From Eremomyces bilateralis CBS 781.70 (taxonomy: Eukaryota), in NCBI GenBank assembly GCA_010015585.1, contig ML975152.1: 64,000 bases of DNA; one strand, given 5' to 3'. The notes beneath the pieces are model-generated. The model saw nothing but the letters and a program-made list of their open reading frames with translations. It was not told the DNA's origin and did no database searches. This document shows positions 49,903 to 62,951 of the stretch, one piece after another. The position numbers and the translations under genes are program-made. The number at the start of each line of letters is the position of its first letter. Position 1 is the first letter of the stretch.

Positions 49903-50873
49903 AAAGGGCGGGTTGAGTAGGACTTAGGAGGTCGAGAAGGATCGCGGAATGGGCGGAACTGCACCCATCGGATGATAGGGCGACAGTGGGATTACGCGTA
50001 AAACGAGTAACGCTTAATGGTTTAAGGGTGAGGCCAACGGGAGGAGCGGATAGGAATTAGGAGACGTTTGATCCCTTGAAAGTTGAAACCTAATTAACCC
50101 ATGGAACAGACAAGATTCCCTCCCTCCCTGTCACAAGTGTACGTACTACTGACCTTGTACTCCTAAATATCTCCTTGGGACCTTGGCCCACTGCATGCAG
50201 GCAAATTGCGAACTGAATTTGATACAAATCTGCCTGAGCAGCCTTGCAGCCTTAAATATTAAGAATTTGTTGTGGGGTCCCCAGGGACGCGTCCGTGCTT
50301 CGGTTCCGTACAAATATGAAAATCTTCCAACGAACTGAACCTGAAGACTTCATCTAACATTATGCCTCCCGTTCTGTCGAATTCCTGATACCAATTCCCC
50401 ATATTAATATGGTACTCTTCAATTCTGAGGACTAGAACCGAAAATGAACTCGCTTTCGTACTACATTGTGATACTCTTTGCAGAACAGGTAATGCCTAGA
50501 CGGAAGCCACCCGACGGTTTCCCACCCATCCTTTTCACGAGTGACCAGAATATGAGTACAGCACTACATTGAAAAGTATCTACCGCCAACATGCCAAAGG
50601 AGAGTTTCCCGCACCGGGACTCCTCAGCTTCTAAAATTGCTAGAGCTTGCCATCGCCTTTTCAATGGTTGAGCGAGTGTGGACAGTGAAGCAAGATCGAC
50701 GTTGTCCGTATCAGAAATGATCAGTACTTCCATGCTTCGGCTTTCTACGGTCCTCTTTGGACCTTGGGCTATGGAGCTGGATACATATCATCCCAATATT
50801 CTTCCGTGCTTAGCATGCCTTCGTTTTCGATTCCTAGCATTCGCATTGGCGATCCGTCGGATGCTACAGACTG

Positions 50874-51677
50874 TTACTTCTTCCACGCTTGATCCGCGTC
50901 TGTGAGTGTTAGCGATGATGCTCGCCTATGTTCCCGTACCACCTACCTGGGTGGATTTCCGGCTCTGGAATGTATTCTCTCGCCTGTTTCTGCTTCCGAT
51001 AGTCCGACCCAAACCTCTGATCCCTCTCCCCTACATTCTTGTCGAAGTCAAACTGATCCGGCCCCGTGAAGCTCGTCATCAGCTTCGGGGGACCGAGCGG
51101 CAGCTGGTCTCCGCGGTCGGTCTGCCAGAGATGGTAGATTTTCCCGTAGAGCACGATCACGTCCTCCATCTCTTTGGTTTCGGCGGTTTCCCACGCGATT
51201 TCCGGCATGCCCCGTGGCCGGGGCATGATGAGCATCCCGGACTTGACTTCATAGATGTGGCTGTGCCACAGCTTTCGCTCATCCGGGTCGAGGGTTTGGT
51301 ATAGCTTGGGAGAGATCATGTACTCAATGCCGATGAGTCGAGCATTTGGCTCCGGGCTGTCGTAGAGAATGCATTGACGAACATCTAAGGGGGAAGTTAG
51401 GAACACATTGGTTTCACCATAGCGATGCGAATACCTTCATTCAAGTGACTACAATAATGGTTGGCCTCAACAAACCGCCCGGTATCATCCGCGTAGACGT
51501 GGAAAGCATTGAGGTGAGCGCAGATGCTGTTGACCGGGCCTTTGCTCTATGACGACAGTTAGAGATGATACGTCGGGGAAAATGCCACTCGTTTACCTGA
51601 GTGAGGTTTGCCGCGGAATCTAGAACGGTGCTTTTGGTGCTCAGGGGATCACCGGCGACGGTGCTCGTATTCTCCAT
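50874..51677 (-). CDS. DUF1264 / oil-body-associated (OBAP-like) protein; 3 introns
   Basis: [75 protein letters not shown]. The last exon is DADQAWKK*. Confidence 0.9.
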
Positions 51678-54600
51678 GTTCGCCAGTTCACGTTGATACC
51701 GCGGTAGCAATGGTGGATGTTGTTCAAGATACTGGAAGCATCAATTTAATCATTTTACGTGGATGAGGCATTTGTATTTTTGATATTGGCCTTGATATCG
51801 GATGTACCGGCCCAATCTCGATTTACGTCATTGTGAGCATTCTGATGGATTGGTACTTGGTAGTAGTACTCATGCTGCTCTTCCACCTCGATCCTGCGGA
51901 GCACCCACCTTTCCTGACGTAGTTTTAAGGCATCCTGTTACGGCAGTAAGTTAACTGAGGCCTAAAAGCAAGTTCGACGCATTATGACTGCAGGCTCCTA
52001 GTCGACAAAAGGGTGTAGAACCCAATTGCCAAGGTGGATAGAGATACACTACCCGCTACTCGCTGAAGAGATATCAGGTACAAACCTGAGTGTTGACAAA
52101 GGTGTGGCGTCCTCACTCTTCACGTGTGATAGACTTGTACTATGTGTGGGCAGTGTGGCAGATGAATGTATTTTTTTAAAAGGATTGCATGGTTCTTAGG
52201 AACTTAGGTCTGGATCTCATGACGTGCTTCTGGGAGGTAAACGGTAAACATAACAGAGTAGCAGGGGAGTCCGATGGGTCGAGACTCGAAAGACGAAAGT
52301 CCAGTCCTCGAAGATCCGGGCGAGCCGCCCGGAAGCGCATAATAAGCGACGGGTAAACATCATAGACGACGCTCAAAGTTTAACTCCTGACTCCTCCCCT
52401 GACTATCGAAAGCTCGTCCATTTTATCATTTTATTGTCCCTAGCCCCTGGTTTACCCATTGCCGCAGTAGGTACGCAATAGTAAGACCAAAATATTCTAT
52501 CATCAATAACATCATGGCAATTGGCTTGTCAATGGGGTCAATTCAGATTTGAAAGCTAGTCAGACAGTAAGCGCCGGTTTTCAGCACTTCTTTGACAAAG
52601 CGGTATGACTCCTCCTCTCCCCAAGGCCCTTGGAAAGGGTCGAAATTTGACAGCTTGGACTCCTCTCGCATAGGAAAAGGCGAAAGTCACGATCAAACTA
52701 GATGGGTGTCATGAACCCAGTGGAAAGGGGAATGTCCGGTGGTGGAGCCGTTCAATACGATAGGGCTCGTGCAGGTGGCGTTTATTGAATGTTGGCTACA
52801 TACCAGGCGTCAGTCCATCGCTCCGGCTCTCACTAAGGAGCGAGGAGTAAGCTTTAACGACCTTTTTCTATGTCTGCCATGCATGTTGATTGCTAGGGGC
52901 AGAATCGAGGAATAACGGCTATCATCAAGAACTATCGTTGGATGACCGACGAACTACCTCAGGCTTTGCTCTTTTCGATAGGTCCAAACTTCACACGCCC
53001 GTTATCGGAACCCGGAGAGATGTTGCCAAGTGTCAGACGGCCTACATAGTAGATGATGCTGATGAGTTGAATCCACTTGGGCCAGAAAATAAATCCAGGT
53101 CCATCCTCAGCCGCTGAACCGCCAGCCGCCAGCTGCCAGCACCTGTCTGGCCCTCATGAGACATAAACACCTTTTCAGTCTTCCTGTGTCACCCACCTTC
53201 GGGAGTTTCTCGATTGTAGGTGGGCACTATCAAAATTGCAATTTAATGATTCAGAGACAGTCGTATTACCCACCTTAAGGTAGGTACTTATTTGTTATCA
53301 CGGAAGGGATGGGGTCCCCTTGCTCCCAGTAAACCATGGCTCGGAGGCCCTCCCGTTTCCCAAAATGTCCTCGTAATCTTCTTCCCCTTCAACATCAACT
53401 GTTCTCCAACACGAAATATAATAATATTCAGATTCATACAATCATTTGCCCCCTCTCAGCTATTAGATGCTAATTAATTCCTCGTTTCCGGGTATGGGCT
53501 ACTATTTGTTCTAGCGCCAAGCAGGTAATAATATTAATGAGGAGCCTCCCGGACCATCCTGGGTACGATAGTGCTCGAGCGCAATCCTCGCACAAAAGTC
53601 ACTCAGTGGTGGAATCGTATGCCGTTGACATGTCGTGCTCACGGCGTGGTGCCACGGGGTCAGGGTTCATATATTGAAATATCGAACGCTGTCATCGAGG
53701 ACCTATCACCGGGCTTCAAGCTGGTTGTCATTGATGAAGCCTCAAATACGGAGTAGCCGTCGGTTGATCGATTCGACCTCTCGCTCTGGCTTTGGGGATA
53801 CGGGAGGTAGCTCCACTAGCGCCGATTTTATGCTGACTTCAATAACAAGTCATGATCAATTGAGCACAACTAATTTCCCTACCACGCGCCAACCCCTGGC
53901 TCCACGAGAGGTGCTGGTCAACAGCAGTCACTAGTCAGCAAGGCGCTGGCTTGCAGCGCTGGCTTAATTATGGCGTTTTGTGGCATTGGTTACCAGTCCA
54001 CCCGCCGGCCCTGCCGTTCTAGGCTCTTCCTTTCTGGATATGCACGGAAGAAATAGTCTGGAATCTCTGGATGGCTTTCGGTTCCTCTAACTAGATTTGC
54101 AAGCGGCAGGTCGGCAATGTGGGTCGTTCAACGGACTCGAAGCAATTCGAGACCATCCATTCCGTCGACGCTGGTTTAGTTATTGTTTTCGGCGCGTCTG
54201 TGGTGTGGTGTCGCTTTATTTGGCATGGACGGACCCATGGTCCCTCGTAAGAACATGCCTGTTCAATGTTATGTTGGGTGCCAGAGTACAATAGTCCTCA
54301 CTGGGCCTGCAGTGAGATATGTGTACTGTGGGAGACCCATGGCTCTGGCATATGAAGGTGTCTACATACCCAAGTTCACAAGTCAGCATTATCATTTGTT
54401 TATATCGAACTTTGTCCGCCATTTGAAGTTGAGATCCTGAGGTTTTCTAGTCTCGATCTTCGCCCTATACTTGTTTTCTATGAACCTTTGTCTTTGTCCA
54501 ACCTGGGACGAGCTGCACCACCGGATTTCGACTTTCGACTCCACATCTAACCGACGTACAAAGACACGACACTTCTGCTTCTACTCGTCAAGCAGGCCCC

Positions 54601-54811
54601 CAGGTGTTTGAAGCAGTGGCGAGTGCTGCTTGTACGCGGTATCACAGCATTGTATCCAGATATCGACCCTGGACTAGCGACCGGATCGACCCAACCCACA
54701 GCAAGCACATGTCCATCCGAACGGTCGGTCTCTCACTCGGGAGCAACGATTCGGACCCATTGGATATGCGTCAAAGCGAACAGAGACAATCCTGAGGACG
54801 CTACTGCAAGC

Positions 54812-56211
54812 ATGATCGTGAGGAGGAAGTCTATCCAATTCATGGCCATGTCGGAATCACAGAATTCAACAGCAACTGGTGGCTGTCAAGATGTTGTGAA
54901 CCCTAATTTGGAATGCTCCGCTTTGCAGCACCAGGAACCGGAGCGAGGCCCCTACAAGTACCTAAATCCCAAACCCTCGACGAGCCGTAATATCACCCCC
55001 TCACTCGATAATCAACTTCCATTGTGCCAATCTCCGACAAAATCATTTTTATCCTTCTCATCTCCCATTTTCACACGACCATCAACCCCTCTACGATCTT
55101 TAATCACATTCCTGTCGATATCCATACTATTTTTCTCTAACTACGCGGCTGCCTCCACTGATCAGCCGTCCAGCGATCTGCGTCTTGCCTTGGACGGGCC
55201 GTTGTTTGTCGATCACCACACCCCACCAGAACCACGGATGCGGCTCGCGAAAAGACAAGAAGATGAATCCCCATCATCCATCATAAGACCGGGGCCCGAA
55301 GATCTTCAACCAACCGCGACGGATGCAACGCCAGGGACGGGTACTGCCACGAGTACGGAATCGCTGGTCCTTGCGACTTCGACCGAAGGACCTTCATCCC
55401 TTCCGCTGCCCTTCGACACAAGTCTAGGTAGTAACTTCACCAGCCCAAGCTGTCCCACGTTCTTCAAGACTTTCTTGTCCGACCCCACGTTCCAATCCTG
55501 CCTCCCGTTTTCTCTCCTCCTCCAGGTAAGCTGCCCAATTCGTGTATTCGTCCAATGCTGACAATGCGACCGTAGAACTCTCAAGGCTTCTTTCAGGCTT
55601 CGAAATCCGCCTTCCGGATAACATCGATTCTCGATGCGACCTGCAATGTCGACGTAAATGCGTGTGCGTCCTATATGGGCCAATTAGGTTCCCAGATCAG
55701 GAAGACCGAGTCTTGCGGAGCCGACTTCAACCGAGAGAATCCATTGGTTCTCCAGGCATATCGTGGATTGGTTTCCTATCAGCCACTTTATCAGGCAGGC
55801 TGTCTAAGGGACTCTAGCGGCAACTATTGTGAGATTTTATGGCCCCTACACATCAGACATTTCCCTAACACATTCTCAGGCTATGCAAACGCAATTACGA
55901 ACGCAAGCTCCTCCACTGACTCCTATCCATACTACCTGCCACTCGGGATGACGATGCCCGGAGGCGCCCGTCCAACATGCAACACCTGCCTCGAGAGCAT
56001 CATGGCCATCTTCGCCAATGCTGCACAAAATGGAACGCAACCCGTCAGCCAAACATACGCGTCAGCTGCCAAGCAGATCAATCTGGGATGTGGTCCAGAC
56101 TTCGTGAACACGACCGTGACGGTTCGCACGAGTGCCGCATCTACCCCGTCACCTTTGGGTGGAATATATCAGGTTCTCGCATTCTTCATGCTGATGGCCT
56201 ACTTCTTTTGA
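54812..56211 (+). CDS. Conserved Cys-rich fungal surface/membrane protein (DUF7729-like), probably GPI-anchored; introns about 55526-55575 and 55829-55879
   Basis: Hydrophobic segment LITFLSISILFFSNYAAA; PLPFDTSLGSNFT..SCPTFF..FLSDPTFQSCLPFSLLLQ; CGADF..ENPLV; GCLRD..GNYC; YYLPLG; CNTCL; CGPDFV; hydrophobic C-terminus. The start codon is uncertain (54812, 54842 or 54848). Confidence 0.75.
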
Positions 56212-56915
56212 GAATCAGCTATGAAGGAGACTTTGTCATATTCTCATTCATGACCTCCTGAAAACGCTGAGTAGTGGGGCGACTGCACACAGGCATGCTT
56301 CGGGCCTCTTGAGAGTCGCCCAGTCGGATTGGGTTTGGATTTCATCAGCGATGGCGTACTGGTCGGGTTGCTTGTGCTCTTAGGGCTTCACGCGGTGACA
56401 TTGGATCCCACAATCGCATGGGAACCTAGTAAGGCTGGTAGTGGAATAGATGAGCTGAGGAAATACCCAGCGATGGCTCTACTAACAATGTACCATATTT
56501 TAAATCAGATCTACCCATGAAAGGAATTTGTTTGTATCTACTACTTGCCTATCTTTAAATTGATGTATGCCTCACAAAAAATTCCATTGTAAGGGCATAT
56601 GAGGTGCTAGTCTGATTACCACCTTCTGTTTGCTACCTAGCTATAGGCGGTCTCGTCATACTATATTCCACCTCCAGAGTCAAGGCAGACCCTTGGAATT
56701 GTTCTCAAACTCTTTCCTCAATTGCTACCTACGTTATGATATTTACTTAGTGTCCTCTTTCTGAGTCTACCGCATACGGCTACTTGATATCAACAAGATT
56801 CCAGATGGCGCTCGACATATCTCAGATCAAAAATTTGTACAAATGACAGACCACCAAGTGCTTCTTGTGTTCACAGCCAGCCCATCCGCCTACCAGACCT
56901 CATTTCCAGATATTT

Positions 56916-57761
56916 CTAAAGCAGCATGAAGCCCACTACCACAGCACCCACGGTCGCAGCAGTCAATCCGTGCTGCAGAAACACACTGGCAGCATCTCCC
57001 GAGACTCCAGACGGTCGCGAGCCAGCCTCCCCCCTCACCCTCTCCAACAACGCCTCGCACGCTGACCTGTCCTCGCGCTGCGTAATATTGGTCATCACGC
57101 AGTCCGCCAAGGTCTTATCTGGCTTCAACTCGCAGAGGTCTAGGTCTTTCCCATCTTTTTTCGACATGAAGGGGCAGCCTAGGTTGGAGCTTGTAATTGT
57201 CACGCCGTCTGAGTAAACCGGACACGCCGACGTCAAATCGATCTCCGTCTCGGGGCCCTCGTCCGTGATCGTGAAGTCGATCGACCCCTCCGCCACAGCG
57301 CCAGAGTGGATGGTGATCGCCTTGGGCCCGGGAGCCGTGCAGCGTGACATGATCAGCTCCCAAGTAAGCCGATAATGCCCAGGCTTCCGCTTGCTCGTCG
57401 AATTTATGTAGCTCGTATTCCCGACAATCCAGTTATCTCCAATTGCGTCCGGTGGAAGGACTGGAGGCTCGGTCGGCTCCAATCTCAACATGTACCCAGC
57501 CTCGTATAGGCTCTGCGTCCCACCCGTCTTGTTGATGCCACTGAATTCCCAGCGGATAGTGTGGCCAAATCGGAACGCGGCGTAGGCACCCTGGATCGCG
57601 AAGACGGCGGGTATAGTAGCTAGGTCCAGATTATACGTCTCATTTCGCGGGAAGACGACTCCGACGTTGATATCCGTGGGAAATGCTGGGAGGTCAAGCT
57701 CCCCCGCAGCTGGAGCTGCCAGGCCGAGCGCAATCAGCGCAACAGAAACTCTCAGTCGCAT
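56916..57761 (-). CDS. Secreted GPI-anchored protein (DUF7136-like), intronless
   Basis: Signal peptide MRLRVSVALIALGLAAPAAG, VVFPRNETY...PAVFAIQ, G.YRLTW, GSIDFTI, several Cys and a hydrophobic C-terminus. Confidence 0.8.
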   Translation of the reverse strand: MRLRVSVALIALGLAAPAAGELDLPAFPTDINVGVVFPRNETYNLDLATIPAVFAIQGAYAAFRFGHTIRWEFSGINKTGGTQSLYEAGYMLRLEPTEPPVLPPDAIGDNWIVGNTSYINSTSKRKPGHYRLTWELIMSRCTAPGPKAITIHSGAVAEGSIDFTITDEGPETEIDLTSACPVYSDGVTITSSNLGCPFMSKKDGKDLDLCELKPDKTLADCVMTNITQREDRSACEALLERVRGEAGSRPSGVSGDAASVFLQHGLTAATVGAVVVGFMLL

Positions 57762-59083
57762 AGTTTCAGACTGTTATTGAGTTCGCATGTCATCCGTGTC
57801 GTGAGGTTCATCGTGCGATGTCGTCCAGGCACGGACCTTCTTTTAAATCGCGGTTGCAGCATGTTAACAGTGTTATCGTGTTATCGTGTACTATTAATTC
57901 GTATTCCGCCTTGGCTTACTAGGTGTTTCCGAGCCAGCCTCAAGGACATAATCAGTCCCAATAGTTATGCGGGTGTGGCGCGGGCTCACAATCACCCAAC
58001 CTCATTCTTTAATACGCCCTAACGCTAAGTTAGGGATGGATGGAGAGCAAACCAAGCCAAGTTGCCGTACCTACGTACCTCCATAGTATAACCGTGCCAC
58101 AACACTTGCAACAGTCATGCCTTCGTCCGGAAATTTCTGTTCTCTGTGTTTCTTGTTTCGTATCCAATGAGAATTTCGGCTTGTTAGCATTGTTCCTGAA
58201 ATTTGCTGTCATCTCCGACCACCCTAGCACATTTTACGGCATTGAATAAGGACCTCCCTCTCGGATCGAATTATATTAAAGCGGGTGATCGTCTAGAAGC
58301 ATCGTCCCTGGAAGTTTGCTACTCTGTTCCCCTCAATCCATGCAAGAGATTGGATCTGAAACGTGAGAACTGGGATTCATCGCGACCTAATCATCATCAG
58401 TATCCCGTAATCATCAGCCCTATCCGTGGCCAAACCCCTCTTTCTGAGACAACGATAGTCTTCCTGACAATCATCTAGCCGGGCGGCCTAGGAATAAAAA
58501 TATGTGTGAAATCCTGCGTAGGATGGTATAATGTAACCTCTCCCTTTTATGATTATTGTACTTGTTCTCTCCTTGTTTCTCTAGGTTAAGTTCTGCTATA
58601 TCCAAGTCTCCTGTTGTCGTATAATCTTTCACTATGGCAGAGGTCATGACAATGGACACTCGAAAGAGTCCAACAAGAGATGTTGTCAGCAGTCTGCTTG
58701 AAAACTATATAGGATACGACACATTACGGGAAGATGAGCCATCGTACGAAACGGTTCCACAGGACCTTGGAGGGCAGTCGTTGAAAATGGAGGGTGAGAT
58801 GCCATTGTTCATGGAGAGTCTACAACTACGAGGTATGACCATATATCATGCTTTCTCAGTTCCTCTATGTTGAATCTACGATTCATATTGTATGAACCTG
58901 GCCATGTCTAGGTCCGAGGAGTCAGGTTCATACTCAACCTGACTTGATTCCCGTTATGTTTGTGGATTTCAAGGGATTGAGATAGTGAATGGAGTCCTTT
59001 CGATTTCTGGCCAGCCCCCTCCACATCTATTATCAGCTCGCTCTGGTCAATTATTGATGGATGCCTTGTCATAGATTATTGAG

Positions 59084-60061
59084 ATGGCTTACGAGTCTAT
59101 TACGACAATACTGACTGAAGTGTTCAATCCAGTGAATGAACATGCATCCAAACAGGCACTGCTGTTCCGACCGAAATGTATATCGCGTCCTAGAAAACCA
59201 CCCGTACTTAAGCTCCAAGCTTCAAATGGATCTTCTGCTTCTTCGTCGCATTCACACAACTCAGATAGCGAGAGCATCATCGAGTCTTTCGGAACCTCAA
59301 CAGTGGTCAACAGCCAATCCTCCACACCGCCATCAGAAGCACCTTTGGCCGAGGCATCCAGGCCGACCACATCAATAATGGGGTCTGAAATTTCAAAGAT
59401 ATCGAGAAAGCGCCGGAACTCAAGCCAGCACGAAGGCCGAGAACAGAGCGTTGACCGCCGGCCCGTCCGGGACACTGAGGGCACCACCACCCCCACCCCC
59501 CTCATTACCATCCCCGCCCCGCCCACCCCCTCATCCGCCACGGAGAGCGACAACCTTATACCCGTCCATGCTTCTGTTGAAGGAAGTTCAGGCGAGAACC
59601 ACACCAGTCTCGAAGCGCCAGCACCGGCAGCCACACCGAGTACTGCGCCCTTCCCCTCCCCTTCCACGTCGCCTATCGCAGCCGCCGCCACTTCCGTTGA
59701 CAACACCATGGCCAGCGAGCACAACCCCCCCTCTTCCCCCACAATCGACCTCTTACTCCGTCCCCGACCCAGGGATAGCAACACTCCCTACCTCCTCGAA
59801 CCGCAACGGCACTGCTTCCACCGGCACCGGTACTTCTGCCCATCACCACCGGGGGCCGAGGTGGAGTGCATGCTGTGCTTCGGGGAAGAGGAGCGAGATG
59901 GGGCCAGCGGGTGTGATGAGAGACATTACTGCACGTTCTGTTATGTCCGCGTTTGTGGAACGTGTTTGCAGAGGTGGTGGGAGATGACAGGTCCAACGAG
60001 GAGGACGAGGTTAGACCAACTAAGAGATATAGTGAGGAAGAGAGGAGGGAGGAGAGGTTGA
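59084..60061 (+). CDS. Ser/Pro/Thr-rich protein with a C-terminal Cys/His zinc-binding domain (may have an upstream exon at 58634-58832)
   Basis: 325-aa ORF ending HCFHRH..C..CMLC..C..CTFCYVRVCGTC. The upstream ORF at 58634 ends in a GTATGA donor, but I could not find a clean join. Confidence 0.6.
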   Translation: MAYESITTILTEVFNPVNEHASKQALLFRPKCISRPRKPPVLKLQASNGSSASSSHSHNSDSESIIESFGTSTVVNSQSSTPPSEAPLAEASRPTTSIMGSEISKISRKRRNSSQHEGREQSVDRRPVRDTEGTTTPTPLITIPAPPTPSSATESDNLIPVHASVEGSSGENHTSLEAPAPAATPSTAPFPSPSTSPIAAAATSVDNTMASEHNPPSSPTIDLLLRPRPRDSNTPYLLEPQRHCFHRHRYFCPSPPGAEVECMLCFGEEERDGASGCDERHYCTFCYVRVCGTCLQRWWEMTGPTRRTRLDQLRDIVRKRGGRRG

Positions 60062-61340
60062 CGAGGAAGAGGAAGGTGTCTATTCAAGTGTGCCGTTAGG
60101 GCATGCTCTGTGTTTGCATGATCCTCACGAATCATATGATGCTCACAAACAGAATGAGGGTTGGGGAGTGTTAGGCTGCAGTAACAACGTGATATCCATG
60201 TTCTTATTTCGAGGAGGAGCATCTTGTGTTTCCTCTCCTGTGACATCGCCAACAGACTCGCCCAGTATAGCAAAGACAAGAGAGAGGCGCGAATATGACA
60301 GCAAAAGTCGGTGAAAGCTGAGTATTGCGAACTTTGCAGATTTGTCGATGCACACGACCTGGAGTCCCATACAGTCCGTGTGCAGTGAGGTGTCCAGTTA
60401 AGGAGGCCTAAATCACAAATATATCTGACGCAATTGCTGATGAAGATAGACTATAATTAAAGACTTTACGACGGGAATGACAGTAGGATGAGGAAGAGAC
60501 AGATACTTTTGCGTATGGACATTCTCAGGTATGACATTCATCCGAGATACATGGGTGTTCAATGAAAGCCGTATCAAACATTGCGGGACAGAACTTCATT
60601 CCTATATCCTACTTAAGGAGTACGACAAAATGATAGAATGACCGTTGTTGAGTAAGGAAGCAAAAGTACTACCTAAGGTACGCAAGATGTAGTCGTGAAA
60701 GCTGTCGGGAGCTGAGGGGCGTCAAAACCAACTTAGCTGCTCTCTGTCCTGTCCCCCGCACCGTTTCCTAGTTCCCACACACGCGAGAACCAGGAATCTC
60801 TATCACACCCTCCGGCCTCACTATTGCCATCGAACTAATCGAGGAATATCTAGCGCTACCGTATTCCGGAGTTAGGATTACCGAAACGCCCCGAGCCGAG
60901 TTGTACGCCTGCCCATTAGATACGCGTTTTGGCCTGTGCTGCCGTCTGGTTCCTTGGTCCTTGGAGGGTGGAGACTTGGACCTGCGATGCACATCCTCTA
61001 AACCCTAGGGATCATGCCGAAGCGATGTTGCCGCAGTTTCATTGCCATGCTTACTGCTGACTGCTGCGGTGCCCAGGAACCATGCAGGCCAACAAGTAGC
61101 GTTTGACTTTACGGCACCTTATCATCCTGTCCCAACTGCTTAGTTATGTCTTTCATGAAAGGTAAAGAGCAACATATATTGTGCTGTCCATGCATTAGTG
61201 CCTGGTGGCTGATCGCCTGGGGGAAATTCTGAGTCCCAGCCAGTCCCTCACATTGCGTATATTAGTACCTTGAAACCCAGCGGAGTTGAGGCCATGCAAA
61301 AGCGCTTGGAAATACACTTTAGCGGTTCAATTGAAGCATT

Positions 61341-62835
61341 ATGGCTTTTCAGCGGGTGCCGACGTTGGTTCAGCTAGCAAAACGAATCTTAACGAATGCC
61401 AAATCTCTGGAAGCGTCGGTCGCGGCCAGTCCTACCTTTCAAGTATGAAAGCCTCTCCTTTGCGAAAGGACGAGGATTGACTGTGAGCAGAATGATACAA
61501 TGCAAAGACTACCCGAACCCGTCGACTCGGTGCGCAAGGAGATCATAGATGGAACAAACCTACTCAATTCTCTGGTCCGCGGGGGAGCTGGTCCATTTGG
61601 CCGGATCCAACATACCACATCCTTCACAGTGCGCATCACAGTGAGAGTGTATTGACCGACGGTGCTGATATACCTTAGTACCTAAATGAACTCAGCCTCC
61701 AGGCCGTCTACAGATATAGGATTCCACAGAATGTCCCAGTGGACCAGTCGATATCCTTCACGGATCTATCCAAGAAGGTCGGAGTCGAGGAGAGCAAACT
61801 GGTGCGCCTTCTTCGCCACGCCATGACATATCACATGTTTTATGAACCGAAGAAGGGTTCCATTGCCCATACCGTGGATTCGCGTGCATTGTTGGATGAC
61901 CCAACCTTGTATGATTTCGTTGGAACATGCATTGAAGACCTCCGTCCTGCATGTGAGAGCACCACTTGACAGCCGCGTTACCTATTACTCACTTGGATTA
62001 TAGCTTCCAAAGTTCTGGACGCGTTCAAGAAGTGGCCTCAATCAGAAGAGATGAACCACTGCGGTTTTAGTCTTGCCTGGGATACCGATAAGCCGATGTA
62101 TGCGTATCTGCGGGATCATCCCGAGCGCATGCGTCGATTTGCCGGATTGATGGCCCGTACGACTCAGCCTTCAAGTAGTTCAATTGCAGCTGCTAATACA
62201 GACCAGAGTCATCTCGAGACGGAGTTCGTGCGGCTACGCTTGTAGGCTCAGCTTACCCATGGCAAGACCTCAAATCCGGCACTGTGGTTGATATTGGCGG
62301 CGGGAATGGCCATATCAGCGTCGCTATCGGAGAGTCACACCCACACCTGGATTTCATTATACAGGACTTGCAACAAATGCCCAAGGAGGTTCAAGAAAAG
62401 GCGGTTCCACAAGCATTGAAGTCGAAGGTGCAGTATCAGCAGCACAACTTCTTCGCACCGCAGCCGGTCAAAGGGGCAGTCGCTTACATGTTGATGCAAA
62501 TCCTCCACAACTGGAGCGACAAGTACTGTGTCCAGATTTTGCAGCAGTTAATCCCCGCTCTGGAGCCTGGGGCGAGGATCATCGTCATCGATCGAGTGAT
62601 TCCGGAGAGAGGGGAGGTCCCTGATGTGGAATATCATGAGGTTTTGACTCTGGATTTAATCATGATGCAACTTTTCAACGCACGGGAAAGGTCACTGGAG
62701 GATACGAAGAAAATGTTCGCCTTGGCGGACCCGAGATTCAAATGGGTTGGTGCATATAGAGTTGGACCAGGACCTTACACTATGCTGGAGGCCATTTGGG
62801 CCCCTGATGAGGTCCATGACACCCCCACCAATTAG
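61341..62835 (+). CDS. SAM-dependent O-methyltransferase (fungal OmtA/Methyltransf_2 type); 4 introns
   Basis: Spliced model MAFQRVPTLVQLAKRI..; dimerisation helix region LVRLLRHAMT..F.EP..G.IAHT; YPWQDL..GTVVDIGGGNGH, IIQDL, HNFFAPQPVKGA, ILHNWSD and NARERS. Confidence 0.9.
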
Positions 62836-62951
62836 ACCATAGATAGAATAGGGAAGGCTAGAGCCAGTGCTAGATGAGGTCTATACTTATATCGCGGATT
62901 TTGCATTGCTCCTCCTAAATGCAGCTTTTTTGACCCTAAATGTGCTGCTAA

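Noticed and set aside
52279..52311. Compact hairpin with a GAAA tetraloop (hammerhead-like CGAAA)
   Set aside because: There is no CUGANGA core and the stems are short, consistent with chance.
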